From Pseudoalteromonas tetraodonis (GTDB taxonomy: Bacteria; Pseudomonadota; Gammaproteobacteria; Enterobacterales; Alteromonadaceae): 32,000 nucleotides of DNA. The notes below the pieces were generated by a model. The model made no database searches. It was not told the DNA's origin and was given only the letters and a program-made list of their open reading frames with translations. Made by a program: the position numbers and the translations under genes. Location: positions 3,030,001 through 3,062,000 of the forward strand of contig NZ_CP011041.1 of NCBI RefSeq assembly GCF_002310835.1. The letters run 5' to 3'. Within the stretch, counting starts at the first letter, position 1, and each line of letters opens with the position of its first letter. Positions 1 to 8,439 of this stretch are shown here, in pieces.

Positions 1-1623
1 CTCGGCATTTTCTAGGGTGTTTTTGCTGCCCAATTCAATCGCTGTTACCGTGCTTGACGCTTTAGCATTTAACGAATCAATCATCTCATTAATTTGCTCC
101 GTAGACTCCGCGGTACGTTGCGCAAGCGTTCTTACTTCGTCAGCAACTACCGCAAAGCCACGGCCCTGCTCACCCGCTCTAGCAGCCTCAATAGCCGCAT
201 TTAACGCCAATAAATTAGTTTGCTCGGAAATCCCTTTAATTACATCCAAGACATGAGAAATTGATTTAATCTCTGTCGAAAGCTCTAACACCGAGGCCAC
301 AGAGTTGGCCATTGACGCTTCTAGTTGTTCCATTTGTTTAATCGTGCTTTGCACAAACTCAACCCCTTTGTGCGTCGTTTCTTCGGTTTTAGTAGCAATA
401 TCTGCTGCATTACTGGCACTACCAGAAATATCCTGAACCGTAACCTCCATCTCATTAACGGCTGCCGCCACCGTTTGCGTACTCGATGATTGCACTTCAG
501 CTAAATTTGCCGCACCTTGCACTTGCTCAAGCACATCTTGGGAAATACCTTTAACATGAATTGCCGACTCAGAAACCTGTTTGAACATATAATGTAACTG
601 CTCTAAAAACAGATTAAACTTAACCGCTAAGTCTGAAATTTCATTATTATCATCAGTAGGGAGTCGTGCCGTTAAATCACCATCTTTTTCTGTTAACGCA
701 TTCACCGCTGCAGTAATGTTTTCGATTGGCCTAAATATTTGCCCTACTAACACGCGTGCTAACGCTAAACCTACAAGCGCAATAATTACACCAAAAATGA
801 TATTAGTATTAATAGCAGTATTAATTGCGCCATATAATTGCTCTTGGGGAATTTCAGCGACTAGATGCCAACCTAATGAATTTACTGGCGTACTTGAGAC
901 AACATAGTCATCACCATCAATTACTTTACTTTGAATTGCCCCATTTTTAATCGGCGCCAAGTCAACAGATTGCCCAATTTTAGTTTTATTACCATGCAAC
1001 ATAATCTCGCCACTACCAGAGACCAAATAAACAATGCCGCCCTCTCCTATTCTATATTCACTTATGAGATCCACCATAGAATCGAGCGAACGGCCTATTC
1101 CGGCAATTCCTTGTCGTTGCCCATCAAGCTCAATGGCATAATTAATAAATACCATCACCTCAGAGCTACCTTTATCTATGTCGAGTGCTACTTCAAATGG
1201 TCTATCCGATGCTAAAAAAGCATCAAACCAAGTATCACTACTGTCTATTTGCCTAGAAATACCTTCATCGGTGTAATAATTGCGGGAGTTTTTAGAAATA
1301 ATGTATGCGTTACTGGCTTGGTTTTTATTTTTTATATGTTTGAGGTAATCAATGAATTTACCTCGGCTTTGCGCATCTTCATTATTATTCATCCATTGCT
1401 GCACAAATAAGTTTTGCGCTATTTCTTTGCCTACAACAATAGGTGTAGAAAGTTCCAGCTCTATTTGGCTTTTCACCTCACTAAGCGCTGTTGGTAAATC
1501 TACTTTGGCTAGTTTGTCTTCTGTATTTGAGCGAATACTATTTGAAAATATTAGAGTAGATATTGCTAAAGGAGCAACAACAGCCAAAATAAGACTGAGG
1601 TATACTTTTCGTTTTAATAACAT
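1..1623 (-). CDS. Methyl-accepting chemotaxis protein with a dCache-like periplasmic sensor, HAMP and MCP signalling domain. Partial: the C-terminus lies beyond position 1.
   Basis: The minus-strand frame is open from the ATG (complement of 1621-1623, AGGTG Shine-Dalgarno 5 nt upstream) to the window edge. With no stop in the window it is absent from the supplied ORF track. I hand-translated several segments in frame and found no stops. They read [21 protein letters not shown] (TM1), a roughly 250-aa extracytoplasmic region, [28 protein letters not shown] (TM2 into HAMP), and the conserved MCP hairpin [32 protein letters not shown]. Confidence 0.9.
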   Translation of the reverse strand, partial: MLLKRKVYLSLILAVVAPLAISTLIFSNSIRSNTEDKLAKVDLPTALSEVKSQIELELSTPIVVGKEIAQNLFVQQWMNNNEDAQSRGKFIDYLKHIKNKNQASNAYIISKNSRNYYTDEGISRQIDSSDTWFDAFLASDRPFEVALDIDKGSSEVMVFINYAIELDGQRQGIAGIGRSLDSMVDLISEYRIGEGGIVYLVSGSGEIMLHGNKTKIGQSVDLAPIKNGAIQSKVIDGDDYVVSSTPVNSLGWHLVAEIPQEQLYGAINTAINTNIIFGVIIALVGLALARVLVGQIFRPIENITAAVNALTEKDGDLTARLPTDDNNEISDLAVKFNLFLEQLHYMFKQVSESAIHVKGISQDVLEQVQGAANLAEVQSSSTQTVAAAVNEMEVTVQDISGSASNAADIATKTEETTHKGVEFVQSTIKQMEQLEASMANSVASVLELSTEIKSISHVLDVIKGISEQTNLLALNAAIEAARAGEQGRGFAVVADEVRTLAQRTAESTEQINEMIDSLNAKASSTVTAIELGSKNTLENAE

Positions 1624-1883
1624 AGAGCACCTAAGGGGTAACAAAGCGGTATTTTATATACTGCACACAATTAACAGTAGCGACATTAAAGGTCATAAAA
1701 TAAAGATTTTTATAATAAAATCTCATAACACTTTAATAGTAGATTCAACTGTGTTTATTGCAATGTATTCAATAAAATTAATAAAAAAATCAGTGCGCTG
1801 ATAAAAATACAATAGAAGTAATAGAAATGAAGTTTTATAAACTAGGAAGGTGAATTTCTATTTACTTGGAAAGCATTTAAAAG

Positions 1884-1960
1884 TGGTGGCCCCTCCCAGA
1901 CTCGAACTGGGGACCTAACGATTATGAGTCGTGTGCTCTAACCAACTGAGCTAAGGGGCC
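1884..1960 (-). tRNA. ileX: tRNA with anticodon CAU. The acceptor stem and body resemble tRNA-Ile2 (lysidine-modified, ileX type) more than elongator tRNA-Met.
   Basis: The reverse complement reads GGCCCCTTAGCTCAGTTGGTTAGAGCACACGACTCATAATCGTTAGGTCCCCAGTTCGAGTCTGGGAGGGGCCACCA (77 nt). It folds as a cloverleaf with a 7-bp acceptor stem, GCTC/GAGC D stem, anticodon loop CTCATAA, T arm CCCAG/CTGGG with TTCGAGT loop, and an encoded CCA. The acceptor stem GGCCCCT/AGGGGCC matches E. coli ileX as I recall it, not metT (GGCTACG). Confidence 0.93.
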
Positions 1961-2027
1961 ATCTTTGTATAACTGTAAGCAGTTAATTTTTGAAGCGTTT
2001 AGCCACAGAGCGACTAAAGCGGGTTGC

Positions 2028-2056
2028 AGTATAAAAAGTTTTTAGGGGCTTGTCAC
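2028..2056 (-). promoter_or_regulatory. Candidate sigma-70 promoter for the tRNA gene
   Basis: The minus strand reads GTGACA (complement of 2051-2056), a 17-nt spacer, then TATACT (complement of 2028-2033), about 66 nt upstream of the mature tRNA 5' end. Confidence 0.5.
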
Positions 2057-2237
2057 TAGCAAAAAGCTTTATTTTAACAATCAAGGGGCTAACTGCTCAA
2101 ATAGTAGGCTTTGAGGTTTTGTTAGTGATGAGTTTTGTAAAACAAATCCATCTATTAATAGCAGCCTGAGTAACTAATACACATACCTTTGGGAGCACTT
2201 AGCAACTCAGTATTAAATGTCCTGCTATGCTGCTACA

Positions 2238-2396
2238 TTATTTTTTGGCGATAATATAAATCGCATGAATTAATCCTGGGAAATAGCCGAGCAAAGTTAG
2301 CAAAATATTTAACCAAAAATGCATCCCTAGTCCTACCTGTAAAAACACACCCAGTGGTGGTAATAAAATAGAAAAAATAATTCTAATGATATCCAT
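2238..2396 (-). CDS. Pmp3/YqaE-family small hydrophobic proteolipid (52 aa)
   Basis: A 159-nt ORF below the track's size cut-off. Translation: MDIIRIIFSILLPPLGVFLQVGLGMHFWLNILLTLLGYFPGLIHAIYIIAKK. It has two TM helices and the family-typical LPPLGV and GxIHA motifs. An AAGGA Shine-Dalgarno lies about 7 nt upstream of the ATG. Confidence 0.85.
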   Translation of the reverse strand: MDIIRIIFSILLPPLGVFLQVGLGMHFWLNILLTLLGYFPGLIHAIYIIAKK

Positions 2397-2423
2397 AATT
2401 TAATCCTTATAATGTTAGCAAAG

Positions 2424-2449
2424 CAAAAAGCCCAGCAGGGCTGGGCTTT
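2424..2449 (-). terminator. Rho-independent terminator after the BON-domain gene
   Basis: Stem AGCCCAGC/GCTGGGCT with a 3-nt loop. On the minus strand it is followed by TTTTTGC. It sits 12 nt past the stop codon. Confidence 0.75.
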
Positions 2450-2460
2450 AGTATAGTGTA

Positions 2461-3030
2461 TTATTCTGCAATAACAGTTAATTCATCAACTACCTTGCGA
2501 ACATCTTCAGCGTTTTTAGCAATTTCCATCGCTAATTGCTTTTCAGCATCAGACTCAACTGTACCTTTAAGAGTTACCACACCATTATCGGTATCAACAT
2601 CAATGTCTGTACCACCTACTTCAGAATCAAATAAGTAACGTGTTGTGATCACTGTAGTGATTTTAGCATCGGTTAAATCACTTTCAGTGTCGTTACCCAT
2701 CATTTTAGAATCATGCTTCTTCATGTCGGTGTTTTTTACCACAGTTAGACTGTTTTCAACATCAGTTACACCATCTAGGCTTAGCACAAGTTCTTCAGCA
2801 AGCTCTTTATCTACTTCGCTGTTTACTTTACCTGTTAGCATTACCTTGCCGTTTTTTACGTCCGTGTTGATATCAAAGTTATTTAGATTGGTGTTCATAA
2901 GCAAGACTGTTTCTGCTTTCCCATCAATCCAAGCATCTTTACTTTCGTTTTCCCAACTGCTTGCCTGAGCACCCATTGCGGTTGTTCCTAATACTAGGGC
3001 TGCAATCATAGACTTATTAAATGTTTTCAT
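2461..3030 (-). CDS. osmY: Periplasmic protein with two BON domains, OsmY-like
   Basis: The ORF translation shows the signal peptide MKTFNKSMIAALVLGTTAMGAQA followed by two BON-type repeats (VNGKVMLTGKV...EL and DNGVVTLKGTVES...A). I moved the start to the internal ATG at 3030 because AAGGAG lies 7 nt upstream. The track start at 3057 adds 9 residues before the signal peptide. Confidence 0.85.
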   Translation of the reverse strand: MKTFNKSMIAALVLGTTAMGAQASSWENESKDAWIDGKAETVLLMNTNLNNFDINTDVKNGKVMLTGKVNSEVDKELAEELVLSLDGVTDVENSLTVVKNTDMKKHDSKMMGNDTESDLTDAKITTVITTRYLFDSEVGGTDIDVDTDNGVVTLKGTVESDAEKQLAMEIAKNAEDVRKVVDELTVIAE

Positions 3031-3292
3031 AATCGTTCTCCTTTTGATTAAAGACACTTAAGCTAATGCGAGCATCGGGCCAACATTTTTTAATCTTTAA
3101 TTTCAATAGGTTAATTTAAAATAGTAGATATTGGCTTAAACCTACTAAGTAAACATTTACAGACTATTGCGTAAAAGTTTCTCGAATAGCGAAACTTACT
3201 AAATAATTGTATATTTGGTTAATCTGTCGTTAATATAATAAAGAATCAAAAACCCAAAATCATAAACCACTGAATTTAAACAATTTAAAATT

Positions 3293-3308
3293 TGGTATAA
3301 GGCTTGCT
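3293..3308 (+). promoter_or_regulatory. Candidate sigma-54 (-24/-12) promoter
   Basis: TGGTATAAGGCTTGCT matches TGGCAC-N5-TTGCW at the invariant GG and GC with the exact spacing. It lies 36 nt upstream of the ATG at 3344. Confidence 0.4.
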
Positions 3309-3343
3309 TTGAAATAACCAGCAACCATAAAAGGATAATTTAA

Positions 3344-4009
3344 ATGTCTGTTAAAATTGAAGACCGCCCTATTGAGCAAGTTCGTGAGCAAGTGATTGAT
3401 CAGCTCATTTATAATTACAGCCATGGTGTTATTTCTGTTGAAGCATTTGAAAGGCGCTTAGACGACGCCATGGCAGCGAGTGACAATAAAGCACTTATGG
3501 ATCTCGTTGAAGATTTAACCTTAAATACTGACCAGCAATATAAGGCGCAAAAGCACTCTCAGTTTGCACCTAATTATAGCGCGCAGCATGAGACTGATGA
3601 AGAGCCACTTACATTAAGAAGCATTCTTGGTTCGAGTGAACGAAGCGGCCAATGGGTAGTTCCTCAAAACATTTACATAGAAAACTACATGGGGTCAATC
3701 AATCTTGATTTTACAGATGCGATTTTTACCCACCAACATGTCACTATTCACGTTAATTGTTATTTTGGCAGCGAAGAAATATATGTGCCAGAGCACGTTA
3801 ATGTAGTTTCTAAAATGTTTTGTATTTTAGGCAGTTTTGAAAATAAAACAGTGTCACTTAATAAACGCCAAGGGCCAACGATTCACATTGAAGGAAAAAC
3901 TGTTTTAGGCTCTGTGGAAGTTAAAGTTAAACGCACTATTAAAGAAAAATTTATTAGCTTTGCAAATGATCTAAAAACTCAACTTGGCATGAATGGTAAA
4001 CATTATTAA
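3344..4009 (+). CDS. Cytoplasmic protein with an N-terminal DUF1707-like helical domain and a C-terminal LiaF-like (DUF2154-type) domain
   Basis: AAGGA Shine-Dalgarno 9 nt upstream. The N-terminus (GVISVEAFERRLDDAMAA) has the DUF1707 pattern. The C-terminal half (ILGSSERSGQWVVP...INLDFTDA...GSVEVKV) resembles the LiaF C-terminal repeat fold. No TM segment is visible. The assignment rests on recalled motifs, not a search. Confidence 0.6.
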   Translation: MSVKIEDRPIEQVREQVIDQLIYNYSHGVISVEAFERRLDDAMAASDNKALMDLVEDLTLNTDQQYKAQKHSQFAPNYSAQHETDEEPLTLRSILGSSERSGQWVVPQNIYIENYMGSINLDFTDAIFTHQHVTIHVNCYFGSEEIYVPEHVNVVSKMFCILGSFENKTVSLNKRQGPTIHIEGKTVLGSVEVKVKRTIKEKFISFANDLKTQLGMNGKHY

Positions 4010-4023
4010 ATATGCTAAACATT

Positions 4024-4052
4024 GAATGAAGCCAAAACAGTTGGCTTCATTC
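4024..4052. terminator. Hairpin between convergent genes, probably a bidirectional terminator
   Basis: GAATGAAGCCAA / TTGGCTTCATTC is a perfect 12-bp stem with a 5-nt loop. The flanks are AT-rich but have no clean U-tract. Confidence 0.55.
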
Positions 4053-4055
4053 ATA

Positions 4056-4472
4056 TTATAAGTCGTTATTTCGCTCACTAGGTACATCACTCATGTACTC
4101 TACAAACTCAACTTCAAACCCTGCGGGATCAATATAATAAATGTTTTTTCTAAATGGATTTACAGCACCTTCTTTACTTATTGCAAAGCCCGCATGTTTT
4201 AGGCGCGCTATTACTGCATTTAAGTTATTGGTTACATAGGCAAAGTGTGCCAAACCAATTTGATGTCCTGATAGGTCGCGGTTTTCCCCTTCCCCATGAT
4301 CGCTTATAGCAATATATTGCTCGTTATCACCAAAATGTATCCAGCGCCTTGCTTTACCATACCAGGTTCCTTCTCCCTCACTTCTAATTGACCAATAGGG
4401 AAACGCTGCTTGGTAAAACTTAAGCATAGCATTTATGTCACTAACAACTAAATTTACGTGTTCTAATTTCAT
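4056..4472 (-). CDS. VOC-family (glyoxalase/bleomycin-resistance/dioxygenase fold) protein
   Basis: 138 aa. The N-terminus MKLEHVNLVVSDINAMLKFY and the internal GLAHFAY and YYIDPAGFEVEF are typical of paired beta-alpha-beta-beta-beta VOC modules. AGGAAG Shine-Dalgarno upstream. Confidence 0.8.
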   Translation of the reverse strand: MKLEHVNLVVSDINAMLKFYQAAFPYWSIRSEGEGTWYGKARRWIHFGDNEQYIAISDHGEGENRDLSGHQIGLAHFAYVTNNLNAVIARLKHAGFAISKEGAVNPFRKNIYYIDPAGFEVEFVEYMSDVPSERNNDL

Positions 4473-4708
4473 AACTTTCTTCCTATTAATTGAATATAGA
4501 ACATCATAAAACCTTAAGTTAACTTTAGGTAAAGCGCTAATTTACAAATTTATTGTCTGTTTTTATTCCGATAAATATATTGAAAGATCATGCCTGTACA
4601 AAAAACACTCACAAGTATTTAGGCTTTATGGTTTACTTTATGGCAAAAACCGCTAAAATACGCCGGCTTAAATATATAAACGTTCTTTTACAACCCAAAG
4701 GTAATACC

Positions 4709-5512
4709 ATGCATCCAATGTTAAACATTGCGGTTCGCGCTGCGCGTAACGCAGGCAAGCTTATTCTTCGTGCAAGTGAAGACTTATCAAAAGTTGAAGT
4801 GCAACAAAAAGGCACTAATGATTTAGTTACGAACATTGATAAAGAAGCCGAAGCCGTAATTCGTGACACTATTTTACGTTCTTACCCTGATCACTGCATC
4901 GTTGGTGAAGAGTTAGGCGAACACAAAGGTAAGGATGCTGATTACCAATGGATTGTTGACCCACTTGATGGCACAACTAACTTCATCAAGGGTATCCCTC
5001 ATTTCGCAGTATCTATTGCACTTAAAGTTAAAGGTCGTTTAGACCAAGCCGTAATTTACGATCCAATTCGAGGCGAACTTTTCACCGCTTCTCGTGGTCA
5101 AGGCGCACAGTTAAACAGCAAACGTTTACGTGTATCTAAAACGGTTGAACTTGCCGGTTCTGTTCTTGCAACAGGTTTCCCTTTCAAACAAAAACACCAC
5201 TTAGATGCCTATTCTGAAGCGTTTAAAGCATTATTCGTACATACCGCTGATATTCGTCGTGCAGGCTCTGCAGCACTTGATATGGCGTATGTTGCAGCGG
5301 GTCGTGTTGATGGTTTCTTTGAAATTGGTTTAAAACCGTGGGATACAGCAGCAGGCGAGCTATTAGTTAAAGAAGCTGGCGGCATGGTTGTTGATTTTGC
5401 TGGCGGTAATAACTACAACGTGAGCGGTAACGTTATTTGTGGTGCACCTAAGCTAACACAAGCGATTGTTCGTGAAATGCGCCCAGTATTATCTGAGTCG
5501 TTATTACGTTAA
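4709..5512 (+). CDS. suhB: Inositol monophosphatase SuhB
   Basis: From MHPMLNIAVRAARNAGK the protein is colinear with E. coli SuhB (MHPMLNIAVRAARKAGN..., WIVDPLDGTTNF, GRVDGFFE). I moved the start from the track's 4553 to the ATG at 4709 to match the SuhB N-terminus. Confidence 0.93.
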   Translation: MHPMLNIAVRAARNAGKLILRASEDLSKVEVQQKGTNDLVTNIDKEAEAVIRDTILRSYPDHCIVGEELGEHKGKDADYQWIVDPLDGTTNFIKGIPHFAVSIALKVKGRLDQAVIYDPIRGELFTASRGQGAQLNSKRLRVSKTVELAGSVLATGFPFKQKHHLDAYSEAFKALFVHTADIRRAGSAALDMAYVAAGRVDGFFEIGLKPWDTAAGELLVKEAGGMVVDFAGGNNYNVSGNVICGAPKLTQAIVREMRPVLSESLLR

Positions 5513-5527
5513 TCGTAATACCGCACT

Positions 5528-5555
5528 AAAAAAAGGAGCCGAGGCTCCTTTTTTG
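5528..5555. terminator. Bidirectional rho-independent terminator
   Basis: AAAAAAGGAGCC-GAG-GCTCCTTTTTT has A-tract and T-tract flanks. It lies between convergent suhB and the EAL-CBS-GGDEF gene. Confidence 0.8.
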
Positions 5556-5562
5556 CTTTTTG

Positions 5563-7350
5563 TTAGCCACTTTTTTTACTATTGGATAAACGCACAACAG
5601 CGGGTGCAGGCCTTCTTCGATTACAAATAAATAAGTAGCTGTGACGATAACGTTTTGCTTCTTTTTTAGCATCTGTGGCTAATGCCGCTACTTGATGGCT
5701 ATTTTTACACTGCTGCAGATCCGGCTCAACTAAACCTATCGATAATGTAAGTAGAGGTACAAACTGCTTTTCGCCCTCTCGATTAGTTGCCCAATACCCT
5801 TTTCCAGCAATATGCTCTGGCGTAAAAAATACGCGTGACTGCAATTCAAATTGCGTGATAATGGTATTACAAACCTCCACCGCATCTTTTTTTTCAAACA
5901 CCACCATAAAGTCATCGCCACCAATATGCCCGACAAAGTTAGCGCTGTGCGCACACGCTTTTACAGTCACATCGGCCAGAAGTTTTATCACGCTGTCCCC
6001 ACTGGCATAACCATACAGATCGTTAAATTGTTTAAAATGATTTAAATCGATATAAGCTAGTGAAAATGGCTGTTTATGTTGCAGACGCTGCTCTATTACT
6101 TCACTAATTGCCACATTACCCGGTAACATGGTTAGAGGGTTAGCATGTTGGGCGTGGCGGATTTTTTCAGCGGTAATGTGCTTTAATATGTCCCTTAGCG
6201 GTGCCAAACCTAAATATTTATTATTACTTGTGATAACAATATGGCGACGAATATCAAAGTCTTGCTCTGTTATTTGCTGAGAGACAATATCAAGCATTTG
6301 ATTTTCATCAACCACCAAAGGCTGTTTATCCATTAACTCAGTGACTTCACATTTATCATAAAGTGCATGCCCGTATGGCGCGGCAAACACTTCTGTTAGC
6401 TGATCTTTGTGTAACAGCCCTATTGGCTGCTGATTGCTATTTAAAACGGGTAAGCTAATTATGCGCTTGTCTTGCTCAAAAAGCGCATGAGCCTCTTTAC
6501 AACGCGTGTGACTGCTAATGGCAGGCTGAGCAACAGCAAGCACCCCGATAGCCATTGATTGTTCAAACTTTGACCCTGCTTGAGTCGATGTAAATGCTTG
6601 TAACTGCTTACAGTTATAGTCATAGCTTGGTTGTTGGCTGGGTCTTTCTAACAAAAATCCCTGAACATGACTTATGCCTATACTTTTAACTAAATCGAGT
6701 TCTTCAGTACGCTCAATTCCCTCTGCAATCACCGCTGTATTTGTTGCCCGTGCTAACACCACAATTGATTTTAGAAATTCTTTTTTAACTTCGCTTTGAT
6801 CGCAATGATCAATAAAGTAACGATCAATTTTTACAATATCTGGGCATAACTGCGACCATTGCTTTAGACCGGAATAACCTGCACCAAGATCGTCAATAGC
6901 AATAGTAAAGCCTAGCTCTCGATAATGAGCAATGGTTTTTAACAGTAAAAAGCCATCATCTACTTTTTCTTGTTCGGTGACTTCAATCACCACACGATTA
7001 GCCGCAAGACCAAACTGTTCAATTAAATGTAAGGTTTCGCCTTTAGGGTGGCTCGGATCGAGTAGAATTTTTGGGCTGACATTTAAAAATAACTTCCCTT
7101 GTAGATTTAGTTTTACAAAGTTTTCTATGGCGCGAGAACGGCATAAAAGCTCAAGCTCTGAAATTAATTGATATTTATGAGCCGTTTCGAATAGCTTATT
7201 TGGCATCGCTAATGGGCTATTTTTAGGGCCTCGACTCAGCGCTTCATACCCAATAATAGATTGCTTAGTTATATCAAAAATAGGTTGGAACAAGGTTGTT
7301 ATTGCCCCTTGTTGTAAGATTGACTCTAAGGCTTTACGTTGCTCAGTCAC
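5563..7350 (-). CDS. c-di-GMP signalling protein with EAL, a CBS pair and GGDEF in that order. The GGDEF signature reads GGDDF.
   Basis: EAL motifs are GYEALSR, EVTE, DDLGAGYSG and EGIE. The middle region has CBS-like repeats. The C-terminal part is GGDEF-like, with HIGGDDFMVVF (complement of 5908-5922). GTG start at 7350. Confidence 0.85.
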   Translation of the reverse strand: MTEQRKALESILQQGAITTLFQPIFDITKQSIIGYEALSRGPKNSPLAMPNKLFETAHKYQLISELELLCRSRAIENFVKLNLQGKLFLNVSPKILLDPSHPKGETLHLIEQFGLAANRVVIEVTEQEKVDDGFLLLKTIAHYRELGFTIAIDDLGAGYSGLKQWSQLCPDIVKIDRYFIDHCDQSEVKKEFLKSIVVLARATNTAVIAEGIERTEELDLVKSIGISHVQGFLLERPSQQPSYDYNCKQLQAFTSTQAGSKFEQSMAIGVLAVAQPAISSHTRCKEAHALFEQDKRIISLPVLNSNQQPIGLLHKDQLTEVFAAPYGHALYDKCEVTELMDKQPLVVDENQMLDIVSQQITEQDFDIRRHIVITSNNKYLGLAPLRDILKHITAEKIRHAQHANPLTMLPGNVAISEVIEQRLQHKQPFSLAYIDLNHFKQFNDLYGYASGDSVIKLLADVTVKACAHSANFVGHIGGDDFMVVFEKKDAVEVCNTIITQFELQSRVFFTPEHIAGKGYWATNREGEKQFVPLLTLSIGLVEPDLQQCKNSHQVAALATDAKKEAKRYRHSYLFICNRRRPAPAVVRLSNSKKSG

Positions 7351-7431
7351 TACTAGCTCTGATCAAAATTAAATAAGAGTGATAAAATATCAAGCTCGTA
7401 TGACAATTATATGTCTTACACGCTAAGCAAT

Positions 7432-7460
7432 AAAAAACCGCTCACAAGGAGCGGTTTTTT
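7432..7460 (-). terminator. Rho-independent terminator after secF
   Basis: AAAAAACCGCTC-ACAAG-GAGCGGTTTTTT has U-tracts on both strands. It sits 23 nt beyond the secF stop. Confidence 0.8.
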
Positions 7461-7482
7461 AAAAAGGATAATTTAATCTCAA

Positions 7483-8430
7483 TTAAGGCATTGAGTCTAA
7501 ATCGGCACCTTCTTTTTCAATCACCTCTGGTATTAAATCTTCTTTACTTACGCCCATGGCAATAGCCACCGAGCTGGCAACGTAAACTGAAGAATAAGTA
7601 CCAATAAATACACCAAATAATAGTGCGGTAGCAAAGCCATGAATAGTTTGGCCGCCCCATACAAAGAGTGCAATCAATACTAAAATAGTGGTAATTGATG
7701 TAACTAAAGTACGATTAAGTGTTTGCGTAAGTGACAGGTCAATAATTTCAATGGTGTCGTCAATACGTACTTTACGGAAATTTTCACGGATACGGTCTGA
7801 TACAACAATGGTATCGTTTAGTGAGTAACCTATCACAGCGAGTATTGCAGCCAAAATAGTTAGGTCAAACTCTAAACCAAGCACCGAGAATAAACCAATC
7901 GTAATGATTACATCGTGTAATAGTGCACCCACCGCACCTACAGCAAAGCGCCATTCAAAGCGAAATGCCACGTAAATTAAGATACATATAAGCGCAGTTA
8001 ACATGGCAAGGCCACCCTGCTCTTTTAAGTCTTCACCTACGCTTGGGCCTACAAACTCAATACGGCGCATTACTACGCTATCATCAGCTTGTTTAAGGGC
8101 AGCAATTACTTGGTTACCAATCACTTCTGCTTTTACATCATCACCACGAGGGGCTAAACGGACCAGTATTTCTTGGCTTGAGCCAAAAAGCTGTACCGAT
8201 GCATCAGCAAAGTCGTTTTCAGCCAGTACATTACGTACTTTTTTCAGATCGGCAGGTTGTGAAAAACCTACCTCAACTGCTGTACCGCCGGTAAAATCTA
8301 AACCGAAATTTAAGCCTTTAACAAAAAGTGACGCCAGCGACGCTATGATTAATAACGTAGAAAAGCCCATTGCCACTTTTCGAAGAGACATGAAACGAAG
8401 GGTTTTTCCGCCCAATCTTAAAATTTGCAT
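7483..8430 (-). CDS. secF: Protein translocase subunit SecF
   Basis: Colinear with E. coli SecF (GLDFTGGT, IEFVGPSVG, GYSLNDTIVVSDRIRENFRK). AAGGAG Shine-Dalgarno in the 9-nt gap after secD. Confidence 0.95.
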   Translation of the reverse strand: MQILRLGGKTLRFMSLRKVAMGFSTLLIIASLASLFVKGLNFGLDFTGGTAVEVGFSQPADLKKVRNVLAENDFADASVQLFGSSQEILVRLAPRGDDVKAEVIGNQVIAALKQADDSVVMRRIEFVGPSVGEDLKEQGGLAMLTALICILIYVAFRFEWRFAVGAVGALLHDVIITIGLFSVLGLEFDLTILAAILAVIGYSLNDTIVVSDRIRENFRKVRIDDTIEIIDLSLTQTLNRTLVTSITTILVLIALFVWGGQTIHGFATALLFGVFIGTYSSVYVASSVAIAMGVSKEDLIPEVIEKEGADLDSMP

Positions 8431-8439
8431 GTCTGCTCC

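Noticed and set aside
17-1801. + strand ORFs 17-256, 716-907, 931-1215 and 1352-1801.
   Set aside because: All lie antisense to the chemoreceptor gene or run from it into its AT-rich upstream region. Their translations are low-complexity with no motifs.
2456-2968. + strand ORFs 2456-2638 and 2645-2968.
   Set aside because: They are antisense to the BON-domain gene. The serine/threonine/leucine-rich translations are typical of shadow frames.
4553-4708. A 52-residue N-terminal extension of the suhB ORF.
   Set aside because: Homology to SuhB begins exactly at the internal MHPMLNIAV. The extension has no homology pattern and covers what should be the promoter region.
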